Shown: positions 10,206 to 17,827 of the stretch, piece by piece | Numbering within the stretch: the stretch's first letter is position 1 | Layout: each line of letters starts with the position of its first letter | Assembly (NCBI GenBank): GCA_947572415.1 | Contig: CANPBT010000004.1 | Coordinates: forward strand, 220-64,219 | Length of the DNA: 64,000 nucleotides | Source: an uncultured Clostridia bacterium | GTDB lineage: Bacteria > Bacillota > Clostridia > Christensenellales > Borkfalkiaceae | Direction: 5' to 3' | Program-made: the position numbers and the translations under genes | The notes under the pieces: generated by a model | What the model saw: only the letters and a program-made list of their open reading frames with translations | What the model was told of the DNA's origin: nothing | Database searches by the model: none

Positions 10206-10234
10206 ATTATAGTCTATCTGCGGAGAAAAGTCAA
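10206..10234 (-). promoter_or_regulatory. Sigma-70/SigA-type promoter of the ATPase/4TM-HRDC operon
   Basis: On the minus strand: TTGACT (10234-10229), 17 nt, TATAAT (10211-10206). Confidence 0.65.
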
Positions 10235-10313
10235 TAGGTAAATTTATCAAACTTTGCTAATAAGCTATGTTTTCTTTGATACAATTTTAAAAGTTCAATG
10301 ATTGCTATTTAAT

Positions 10314-10367
10314 TTATGCATATTTTTGGACATACGATTTCTCGAATTATGCATATTTTTCGACATA
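10314..10367. repeat. Two 21-bp direct repeats spaced 33 bp apart
   Basis: TTATGCATATTTTTGGACATA (10314-10334) and TTATGCATATTTTTCGACATA (10347-10367) are 20/21 identical. A partial third copy AAATGCATA lies near 10405. Confidence 0.6.
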
Positions 10368-10526
10368 TCGTTGATCAGAAATACATTTTAATAATTCAGC
10401 TTAAAAATGCATACGGTTTTTAAACGGAAGTGACATAATCACCGTATCGCATACTATTTAATTCGTCAAGCATTTCTTGAAATTGACTGTGATTTTAAAA
10501 GATTCGTTAGATTGCCTAAAAAGGAA

Positions 10527-12406
10527 TTAAAGCTTATAATAATCCAGAATAAAACTACTATCTTTTTTTCTTTCCGTTTTAAGGTCGATTATAAAATACT
10601 CTTCACCGTTTTTACGAAATTTACCGCGTTTAATATTGTTGCTTATATTTGGAATCCCGTCTTTTTTAGCTGATATTTTATCCGCATAGTATGTCGCCTC
10701 TTTTGTGATTTTATTGATTATTATTAAATCCTCCTGATGCCCCATTTTCATGTTTTGCTCTTTGGCGCATATTTTACACACACGATATCCGCCATGATAT
10801 TTTCTAAATTGTGCGGTTATTGAATACGCATATGGATGACAAGAGATTTTATGATTTTCACATCTCAAATATACCTCTTGCTTTTTCCGCATGTAACTTT
10901 ATCGGGGAAGATTCCCTTTTTGTTGTTAGTATCCCAGTCCCAATACTTTTCAATGAATTCCGGAAACATATCCTTTAAAGATATTTTAGACCTCTTCGAA
11001 GTTTGCTCGTAACCGTTCATTTCAGAATCCGATGATAAGGCTTTCGATTCTGGTTTATCTGCCCATAAATAACCCTTGTACGTTTTGTTAGTATTCAAAT
11101 AATTACTCGTATGCTCTGCATCTCTTACAACTTGCCTAAAACCTGCTTTACATAAGTCTTTATGGCTTTTAAATTCATTCACTATTTTAGAAGTTTTGGG
11201 ATCAATTTGCATAACAGGTTTAAATTTCGCTTCTCTCGACAACTCAATTCCACACTTTTTGCATCCAAATTTTAGCTTACTTACAAGTAACGGCGTTGAA
11301 CGCCAATGATAATCATTATGTTTACGACAAATGAAGTTTTGTTCAATTGTACTTGTATAGCTTATTTTGTTGGGATCCGCATCATTGTTTTCATAATCCC
11401 AATATACTATTGCTTTGTCGCGACATTTCTGAAAGAAGCTATCTTCCGGATTCAACATTCCTTCTCGGTTTTCTCTTCCTCTTGACAATCGACATACTTC
11501 CGACGGACACCCGCTATTAGGTCTAAACCGATTACTTATTATACTTGTCCATTCATGTTTGCAATTTCTGCAAACCCAATGCGCGTAACAGTTCGAATTA
11601 GGCGAAAAATTAAATATCGTAAATCCGGCATTCTTTTTATAGTCCCATTCGGTCGCCAATTCCATTCGTCTAAGTCTTGTTTTATCATCTAAGGTTTTCT
11701 CATACAGCTTTTTAGGTTTATATATCGCAAGTATCTTCATGCAATCTTCTTTGACGTCTATTTTAACCTTATTACTTATAAATTTGTTAATTTTATCAAT
11801 GAAGAATTTTTCAATTACCGCTTGCATTTGAGTAAAATTACTTTCTTTGTAATAATATTCCGCTTCTAATTCTTTTTCGCTTTTTTTATAAGCATAAAAT
11901 CTTATTAACTCATAATTATGATCAACCAAAAGTTTAGCCTTACGCAAATCAATATCCTTCTGTTCCTGAACACAGTGCTTAACTCCGTTGTGTTCAATTA
12001 CAAACCTAAATTCAGGAGCAGTCAATACGATATCGGCCTCATACTTTCCGTTTGCTTCGGGAATACCTAAATCTTTAAACGAAGCACGCCTTCTGAGTAC
12101 CCATTTCAACTGTTTATTATTTTGACAAGCACTTTTAAGATAAAAATATATAGCAGACTCACCAAAAGATTCCGAATTTTTATTACAGTACGGGCAACCG
12201 GTTGCTTTTACATCCTTTGTCCTATTGCTGAACGAGGTTTTCCACCCACGTCCGCATTTACAGCATCTCCAAAATACGTCTTTTGACTTTTTACCGTGTA
12301 TTATTTCATCGGGATAAAGTCCGTTTTTATTATTCTTTTTAAAATCCCATTCTTTTTCAATAATGTCTAAATATTTTTTTTGTTTATATTCGTCCGGTTT
12401 GTTCAT
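10527..12406 (-). pseudogene. Frameshifted nuclease gene: multiple zinc ribbons, PD-(D/E)xK core and NUMOD-like modules (homing-endonuclease-like)
   Basis: Two ORFs (10865-12406 and 10527-10892) overlap by 28 nt. The fourth W-x-C...C-x2-C zinc-ribbon repeat is split between them: YWDWDTNNKKGIFPDKVTCGK is followed in the other frame by QEVYLRCENHKISCHPY...RVCKIC. An A5 run (10882-10886) lies in the overlap. A nuclease-like core (YEADIVL...FVIEHNGVKH) follows ribbon 1. Confidence 0.7.
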
Positions 12407-12453
12407 AAATATTCTCCTAAAACAATACGCGTTGGGAAATATTCTATTTCAAT

Positions 12454-12484
12454 ATTATAACACCATATACTATCAATATGTCAA
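12454..12484 (-). promoter_or_regulatory. Candidate extended -10 promoter for the zinc-ribbon nuclease gene
   Basis: On the minus strand: TTGACA (12484-12479), a long 19-nt spacer, then TGTTATAAT (TG-n-TATAAT, 12462-12454). RBS AGGAG lies before the ATG at 12406. Confidence 0.45.
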
Positions 12485-12542
12485 TTATATGAATTCAAAA
12501 ACAGCGGCGCCAAGAAAAAAATCTTGTCGCATCGATATCATG

Positions 12543-12573
12543 AAAAAAAGCGGGCTCGTAAGCCCACTTTTTT
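12543..12573 (-). terminator. Bidirectional-looking intrinsic terminator after the SpoIIID-like remnant
   Basis: A7 - GCGGGCT CGTA AGCCCAC - T6. The stem has 6 of 7 positions paired. Confidence 0.65.
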
Positions 12574-12596
12574 GTGAGGTTAGTTTATTATTAATA

Positions 12597-12653
12597 CAAA
12601 CCTTTCCATTATGTTACTACCGTATGTACGGTTGATTTGGAAATATTGAAATG
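12597..12653. repeat. Right copy of the ~55-nt imperfect direct repeat
   Basis: Covers the last ~10 codons, the stop and the first 3'-UTR bases of the SpoIIID-like ORF. See the left copy at 7486-7537. Confidence 0.6.
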
Positions 12654-12737
12654 TTTTGCCGTTGAACGAACAGTTGAATTTGTTTCTATTATATATTTAC
12701 TCTCTTTAATAACCCTCTCTGCAATATAATCGTACAT
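12609..12737 (-). CDS. spoIIID: SpoIIID-family HTH protein, truncated (42 aa against ~90 aa for the full protein); possibly a pseudogene
   Basis: Not in the ORF track. MYDYIAERVIKESKYIIETNSTVRSTAKHFNISKSTVHTVVT matches my recollection of B. subtilis SpoIIID residues 1-38 (MHDYIKERTIKIGKYIVETKKTVRVIAKEFGVSKSTVH) at about 25/38 positions. RBS GGAGGT precedes the ATG. The ORF stops right after the recognition helix. Confidence 0.6.
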   Translation of the reverse strand: MYDYIAERVIKESKYIIETNSTVRSTAKHFNISKSTVHTVVT

Positions 12738-12760
12738 TTACGGTACCTCCACGTAATTAA

Positions 12761-12791
12761 ATAATATGCGAAAAAGAGTCGGTATATACCG
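12761..12791 (-). promoter_or_regulatory. Possible sporulation-type (sigma-E-like) promoter plus a 12-bp palindrome upstream of the SpoIIID-like ORF
   Basis: On the minus strand: GGTATATACC, 14 nt, CATATTAT. The palindrome is CGGTATATACCG (12780-12791). The match is to a consensus recalled from memory only. Confidence 0.25.
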
Positions 12792-12795
12792 AAAC

Positions 12796-13374
12796 TTATC
12801 GAAGAATGCTTTCAATGCGCTCAAGCACTTTGTCAAGCCCCTGCCGCGTCTGCGAGGAAACGGCGATAATGTTGTCCGAGCCGCACTTGAACGTTGCGGC
12901 TATGTTTGTAATACTACGCGCTGCCGCCGCCTTTGAAAGCTTGTCGGCCTTGGTCGCGATTACGGTAAACGGCAACACATTATAATACAAATAGCTTATC
13001 ATTTGTTTATCGTCCTCCGTTGGGTCGTGACGTAAATCGCAGAGAGCAAATATGTGAGCCGCATTTTTTTCTGCAAAAAACCGCTCCAGAAGGCGCGCCC
13101 ACTTGGCTTTTTCCTCTTTGGATACGCGTGCAAAGCCGTAACCGGGCAAATCCGCAAGCACAAAATCTCCGAAATCGAAATAGTTTACAAGCCTTGTTCT
13201 ACCCGGGTCCTTTGAAACTCTGGCAAGCTTATTTTGATTGGCAAGCATATTAATAAAGCTTGACTTGCCAACATTTGACTTGCCGCATACAGCGATTACA
13301 GGCTTGTCCGGCTTTATGAATTGCGCCTTGCTCGCCGCGCTGGTTATAAATTTTGCATTTGTGATTTTATACAT
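12796..13374 (-). CDS. engB: Ribosome-biogenesis GTPase EngB/YsxC
   Basis: G1 motif GKSNVGKSSFIN and G3 motif DLPGYG. Conserved position downstream of lon. Confidence 0.9.
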   Translation of the reverse strand: MYKITNAKFITSAASKAQFIKPDKPVIAVCGKSNVGKSSFINMLANQNKLARVSKDPGRTRLVNYFDFGDFVLADLPGYGFARVSKEEKAKWARLLERFFAEKNAAHIFALCDLRHDPTEDDKQMISYLYYNVLPFTVIATKADKLSKAAAARSITNIAATFKCGSDNIIAVSSQTRQGLDKVLERIESILR

Positions 13375-13375
13375 T

Positions 13376-15682
13376 TTAAATACCTATAATGGCAGACCTG
13401 AATACCGTATCCACTTCGGTTACGGGTATAAAATTTATACTTTCACGGATTTTTTCGGGAATTTCTTCAAGGTCTTTCTTATTATCGGCCGGTATTATCA
13501 CGTCGCGAATACCAGTGCGATACGCCGCAAGCGCCTTTTCTTTAAGTCCGCCGATAGGCAGAACTTTGCCGCGCAAAGTAATTTCACCGGTCATAGCCAC
13601 ACTCTTTTTTACTGGCTTGCGGGTAAATGCGGAAAGTATGGCAGTTGCCATGGTTATACCGGCGCTGGGTCCGTCCTTTGGCGTTGCTCCCTCCGGAACG
13701 TGAATATGAATATCCGTCTTTTCAAACGAGGACCTGTCTATACCGTAGCTTTCGCTGTTGGAGCGAATATAACTTATCGCCGCGCGGGCGCTCTCTTTCA
13801 TAACGTCGCCGAGTTTGCCGGTAAGCAGAATATCGCCTTTACCGTGCATTGCCGAAACCTCTATGGTAAGAGTGGTGCCGCCCACCGCCGTCCAGGCAAG
13901 CCCCGTTGCCGCGCCCACTTCGTTGCGCGTCAATGCCCCGCCGTCTTTTTCATACCTCTTCGCGCCGAGAAAATCGGCAAGGTTGCGCTCGGTAACGCTG
14001 ACTTTCGTGGCTTCGCCGTCGGCAAGCTTTACGGCGGCTTTTCGGCACAGCGCGTCAATCTGGCGTTCAAGCCCGCGCACTCCCGCTTCCATAGTATATC
14101 CGTCGATAATCGCGTCGAGAGCCTTGTCCGTTATGGAAATTTCGGAAGCTTTCAGCCCGTTCGCCTCCCGCTTCTTGTTGACGAGATAGCGTTTTGCAAT
14201 TTCTTTTTTCTCTTCGGGGGTATAGCCGGTAAGTTCTATAATTTCCATCCTGTCCAAAAGCGGAGCGGGGATAGTTTCCAAACTGTTCGCGGTAGTTATG
14301 AAAAGTACCTTGCTTAAATCGTAAGCGACCTCGATATATCTGTCTACAAAAGTAGAATTTTGCGCAGGGTCGAGGACTTCTAAAAGCGCGTCCGCGGGGT
14401 CGCCGCGCAAATCCGATGAAATTTTGTCGATTTCGTCAAGCAGGAAGACAGGATTGACCGAACCTGCCCTCTTCATACCGCTTATAATCCTGCCGGGCAT
14501 CGAGCCGACGTAGGTTTTTCTGTGACCTCTTATTTCGGCTTCGTCTTTGACGCCGCCGAGACTCATACGCACAAATTTTCTGCCGAGCGAACGGGCTATA
14601 GAGCTGACGATAGAGGTTTTTCCGACGCCGGGAGGCCCTACGAAACATAAAATAGGCGCGTTCATACCGCCGGTACGCTTCAATACCGCAAGGTATTCCG
14701 TTATGCGCTTTTTAATTTTTTCGAGCCCGTAATGGTCGGCTTCGAGAATACTTACCGCGTCGACAAGCTTTTCCGTATCGGTCGTTTTTTCGTGCCACGG
14801 AATATCGAGCATCCAGTCGAGGTACACCCTCAACACGTTATAATCGGGCGAGGAGGTCTGCATTCTCGACATACGCGAAAGCTCCTTCAGGGCCTTCTGC
14901 TCCGCCTCCTCGGGCATACCTTTTTCCTTTATTCTGCGTTCGAGCTCGTCGCGCTCCTCACCGTCGTCGCCGAGCTCGGCGTGGATGGCTTTAAGCTGCT
15001 CGCGCAGATAATACTCTTTCTGATTTTTATCTATATTCTGCCTTACGACCGAATTGATTTTGCGTTCGAGCCGAATGATTTCTATTTCGTCGTTTAAAAA
15101 TCTGTCGATTTTTTTAAGTCTGTCCACCACGCGCGGGCACTCCAAAAGCTCCTGCTTCTGCTCGGTTTTGAGCTGCAGACTGCTTGCGGCAATGTTGACG
15201 AATTCGTCCGGGTCGCCGCACTTATCGAGCGCCGCCAGCGTATCTTTACTTATTCTGTTATCCGCGGAAGTTATGTCTTTGAGTATCTCTTTCGACGTCC
15301 TGAAATACGCCTCCTCCAACGACCTGTCGCCGTGAACGGGCGTTATTTCCTCAACCGTGGCTATAAAAGTTCCGCCCTCTTTTACAAGCTGTCTGGTAAC
15401 CGCGCGAAAAAGCCCCTCCACCGAAATGCGGAGGTTGTTGCCCGGAAGACGCGTTATCTGTTTAAGCTTAACAACCGTGCCCGCCGGATATATATCGTTT
15501 TCGCCAACGTCTTCCTTTTCGGACTGCTTCTGTGCGCATACGTATATGAGCGAGCCGTGATCGGCCGCATACTTGACCGCCGCGAGAGAAATCATTCTTC
15601 CCACGTCGAAATTAACCGTAGTATCCGGAAAAACAACCCTGCCGCGCAATGCAAGCAAAGGGAATTCCTGAAATTTAGGCAT
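13376..15682 (-). CDS. lon: ATP-dependent Lon protease (LonA)
   Basis: 768 aa. LON N-terminal domain, Walker [10 protein letters not shown], and the proteolytic serine motif [14 protein letters not shown]. Confidence 0.95.
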   Translation of the reverse strand: MPKFQEFPLLALRGRVVFPDTTVNFDVGRMISLAAVKYAADHGSLIYVCAQKQSEKEDVGENDIYPAGTVVKLKQITRLPGNNLRISVEGLFRAVTRQLVKEGGTFIATVEEITPVHGDRSLEEAYFRTSKEILKDITSADNRISKDTLAALDKCGDPDEFVNIAASSLQLKTEQKQELLECPRVVDRLKKIDRFLNDEIEIIRLERKINSVVRQNIDKNQKEYYLREQLKAIHAELGDDGEERDELERRIKEKGMPEEAEQKALKELSRMSRMQTSSPDYNVLRVYLDWMLDIPWHEKTTDTEKLVDAVSILEADHYGLEKIKKRITEYLAVLKRTGGMNAPILCFVGPPGVGKTSIVSSIARSLGRKFVRMSLGGVKDEAEIRGHRKTYVGSMPGRIISGMKRAGSVNPVFLLDEIDKISSDLRGDPADALLEVLDPAQNSTFVDRYIEVAYDLSKVLFITTANSLETIPAPLLDRMEIIELTGYTPEEKKEIAKRYLVNKKREANGLKASEISITDKALDAIIDGYTMEAGVRGLERQIDALCRKAAVKLADGEATKVSVTERNLADFLGAKRYEKDGGALTRNEVGAATGLAWTAVGGTTLTIEVSAMHGKGDILLTGKLGDVMKESARAAISYIRSNSESYGIDRSSFEKTDIHIHVPEGATPKDGPSAGITMATAILSAFTRKPVKKSVAMTGEITLRGKVLPIGGLKEKALAAYRTGIRDVIIPADNKKDLEEIPEKIRESINFIPVTEVDTVFRSAIIGI

Positions 15683-15711
15683 TTTATTCTCCTTTGAGTT
15701 TCTTAAAAGTA

Positions 15712-15746
15712 CGCGCTAAACGCGCCCTGACGGCGCGTTTAGCGCG
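15712..15746 (-). terminator. Perfect 15-bp hairpin between clpX and lon (terminator or attenuator)
   Basis: CGCGCTAAACGCGCC - CTGAC - GGCGCGTTTAGCGCG. Confidence 0.6.
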
Positions 15747-15770
15747 GAATACTTTAAATATTTCTTAGGC

Positions 15771-17000
15771 TTACGCCGTCTTTTTATATATAATTTTGGG
15801 CTCCGCCCTGTCCGTCACGCACTCTTTGGTAACGACGACCTCTTCCACGTTCTTTTCGGACGGAAGTTTGTACATTACGGAAGTCATAAAACCTTCTATA
15901 ATAGTCCTCAGCCCTCTTGCTCCCGTCTTTAAACGTATGGCGGTGTTCGCTATTTCACGTACCGCGCCCTCGTCAACGGTAAGTTTAACGCCGTCCATTG
16001 CAATGAGCTTCTGATACTGCTTTATTATGGCGTTTTTCGGACGGGTTAAAATATTGACGAGCGCGTCCTCGTTCAAAGGATGCAAACTTACGACTATGGG
16101 CACGCGCCCGACGAATTCGGGTATGAGCCCAAAGCTCGTCAAATCCTGCGGCTTTACGTCGCAGAGCATTTCGTAAACGTCGTTTTCGTTATCCTTTACC
16201 TTGCCGCCGAAGCCGAGAGACGTGTTATCCTTGCGCTTCTGCACGATTTTATCCAGCCCGACGAAAGCGCCGCCGCAAATAAACAGAATGTTTGTCGTAT
16301 CTATTCGCAGACATTCCTGCTGAGGGTGCTTTCTGCCGCCCTGCGGAGGCACGTTTGCAACCGTGCTTTCGATAATTTTTAAAAGCGCCTGCTGCACGCC
16401 CTCGCCCGAAACGTCGCGGGTTATGGACACGTTTTCGCTCTTCCTAGCGATTTTATCGATTTCGTCGATATAAATTATACCGCGCTGCGCCTTTTCGATA
16501 TCGTAATCGGCATTCTGAATAAGCTTCAAAAGAATATTTTCCACGTCCTCGCCGACGTAGCCCGCCTCGGTGAGCGTTGTCGCGTCCGCCGCGGCAAAGG
16601 GCACGTTCAGGATTTTAGCGAGCGTGCGCGCAAGCAAAGTCTTTCCGCAACCCGTAGGGCCCAGAAGAAGAATGTTGCTTTTTTCGATTTCCACATCGAC
16701 GTCCGCCTCGCTCTTTTTAACGGGCGTGTTGTTTATGCGTTTGTAATGGTTGTAAACCGCTACGGACAGAACTTTTTTCGCCTCGTCCTGACCTACGATG
16801 TATTTGTCGAGCTCTTCCTTTATTTCCGCAGGCTTTTTCAAGGGCACGGGCGTCAGCTCCGCATCGTCCAGATCCCTTACCATATCTCCGCAGATTGTAA
16901 CGCACTCGTCGCAGATGCAGGCGCCGTTCTGACCACTGATAAGGCGGCTCACTTTATCTTCGGATTTACCGCAAAACGAACAAAATCTCTTTTCTTTCAA
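15771..17000 (-). CDS. clpX: ClpX ATPase/unfoldase
   Basis: N-terminal zinc-binding C-x2-C...C-x2-C (CSFCGK...CDEC), Walker A GPTGCGKT, and IYIDEIDK. Confidence 0.95.
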   Translation of the reverse strand: MKEKRFCSFCGKSEDKVSRLISGQNGACICDECVTICGDMVRDLDDAELTPVPLKKPAEIKEELDKYIVGQDEAKKVLSVAVYNHYKRINNTPVKKSEADVDVEIEKSNILLLGPTGCGKTLLARTLAKILNVPFAAADATTLTEAGYVGEDVENILLKLIQNADYDIEKAQRGIIYIDEIDKIARKSENVSITRDVSGEGVQQALLKIIESTVANVPPQGGRKHPQQECLRIDTTNILFICGGAFVGLDKIVQKRKDNTSLGFGGKVKDNENDVYEMLCDVKPQDLTSFGLIPEFVGRVPIVVSLHPLNEDALVNILTRPKNAIIKQYQKLIAMDGVKLTVDEGAVREIANTAIRLKTGARGLRTIIEGFMTSVMYKLPSEKNVEEVVVTKECVTDRAEPKIIYKKTA

Positions 17001-17147
17001 GCTTTCTCCTTTCGCTCAAATGTTTTGCGCAGCAAAGCATTTGCAGCGAGTTTGCTATTGTCGTAAAAACGCTTAACGGCGGAAATCAATCCCACCTTGC
17101 GTTTTTTCGTCATTAAATATTTTAAATATAATTTTGGGTTAAAATGC

Positions 17148-17195
17148 GTTTCAAAAAGTTTTAACGCGCAAACCGTTGCGCAGACTTTTTGAAAC
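17148..17195 (-). terminator. Compound hairpin downstream of clpP
   Basis: Outer 12-bp stem GTTTCAAAAAGT / ACTTTTTGAAAC enclosing an inner GCGCAA-ACCG-TTGCGC hairpin. Confidence 0.5.
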
Positions 17196-17214
17196 GTAGA
17201 ATTTTATAAATTTC

Positions 17215-17811
17215 TTATCTCTTTACGAACACTTTATCTATAAGCCCGTAAGCCTGCGCTTCCGCAGCCGACAAATAATTATCCCTGTCGGTGTCGCGCT
17301 CGATTTCGGCGAGCGGTCTGCCCGAATTTTTAGCAAGTATTTCATTCAGCTTCTGCTTGGTGCGCAGTATGTGCTCCGCCGCGATTTTGATATCGCTTGC
17401 CTGACCCTGCGCGCCGCCGAGGGGCTGATGAATCATGATTTCGCTGTTCGGAAGGGCGAATCTCTTGCCCTTTGCTCCGCTGGAAAGAAGGAATGCACCC
17501 ATGGAAGCCGCCATACCGATACATATAGTCGACACGTCGCACTTGATATAATTCATCGTATCGTAAATCGCAAGTCCTGCGGAAACCGAGCCGCCGGGGC
17601 TGTTTATATACAACGATATATCTTTCTGCGGGTCTTTCGCTTCGAGATATATAAGCTGCGCGACTACCGTATTTGCAACCGCGTCGTCGATTTCGCCGCT
17701 TAAAAATATAATTCTGTCCTCTAAAAGTCTGCTGTAAATATCGTACGAACGCTCCCCGCGGGAGGTCTGTTCCACAATGTAAGGCACTAACGCGCCGCGT
17801 TCTCTTTCCAT
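17215..17811 (-). CDS. clpP: ClpP proteolytic subunit
   Basis: 198 aa. The catalytic Ser context GMAASMGA and MIHQP are present. Confidence 0.95.
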   Translation of the reverse strand: MERERGALVPYIVEQTSRGERSYDIYSRLLEDRIIFLSGEIDDAVANTVVAQLIYLEAKDPQKDISLYINSPGGSVSAGLAIYDTMNYIKCDVSTICIGMAASMGAFLLSSGAKGKRFALPNSEIMIHQPLGGAQGQASDIKIAAEHILRTKQKLNEILAKNSGRPLAEIERDTDRDNYLSAAEAQAYGLIDKVFVKR

Positions 17812-17827
17812 TTATTGACTCCTTTGA

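Larger units (their letters stand above)
7486..12653 (-). mobile_element. Putative inserted 5.1-kb cassette (three genes) bounded by direct repeats; no recombinase seen
   Basis: Direct repeats at both ends. Each repeat is followed by its own terminator hairpin. The cassette has its own near-consensus promoters and a homing-endonuclease-like gene inside. Confidence 0.4.

Noticed and set aside
10868-10892. Programmed -1 ribosomal frameshifting at GGAAAAAGC joining the two nuclease ORFs.
   Set aside because: The site has only an A5 run, not an X-XXY-YYZ heptamer in the zero frame, and I see no downstream stem-loop or pseudoknot. An indel (mutation, phase variation or sequencing error) is the simpler explanation. 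It cannot be excluded without data.
12363-12635. 90-aa plus-strand ORF across the nuclease / SpoIIID-like intergenic region.
   Set aside because: It spans a promoter, a terminator hairpin and the antisense of the SpoIIID-like ORF. It has no RBS and its sequence is low-complexity.
13238-14317. Long ORFs antisense to well-supported genes. Examples: 13238-14317 opposite lon, 18005-18790 opposite tig, 25820-27100 opposite rnfC, 50960-51757 opposite the binding protein, 55151-56245 opposite the transglutaminase-like gene, and many 60-200-aa ORFs.
   Set aside because: Each lies entirely within a gene that has strong motif support on the other strand. Their translations are low-complexity and Arg/Gly/Ala/Phe-rich, and none has an RBS. 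These are typical shadow ORFs of ~50% GC coding DNA.
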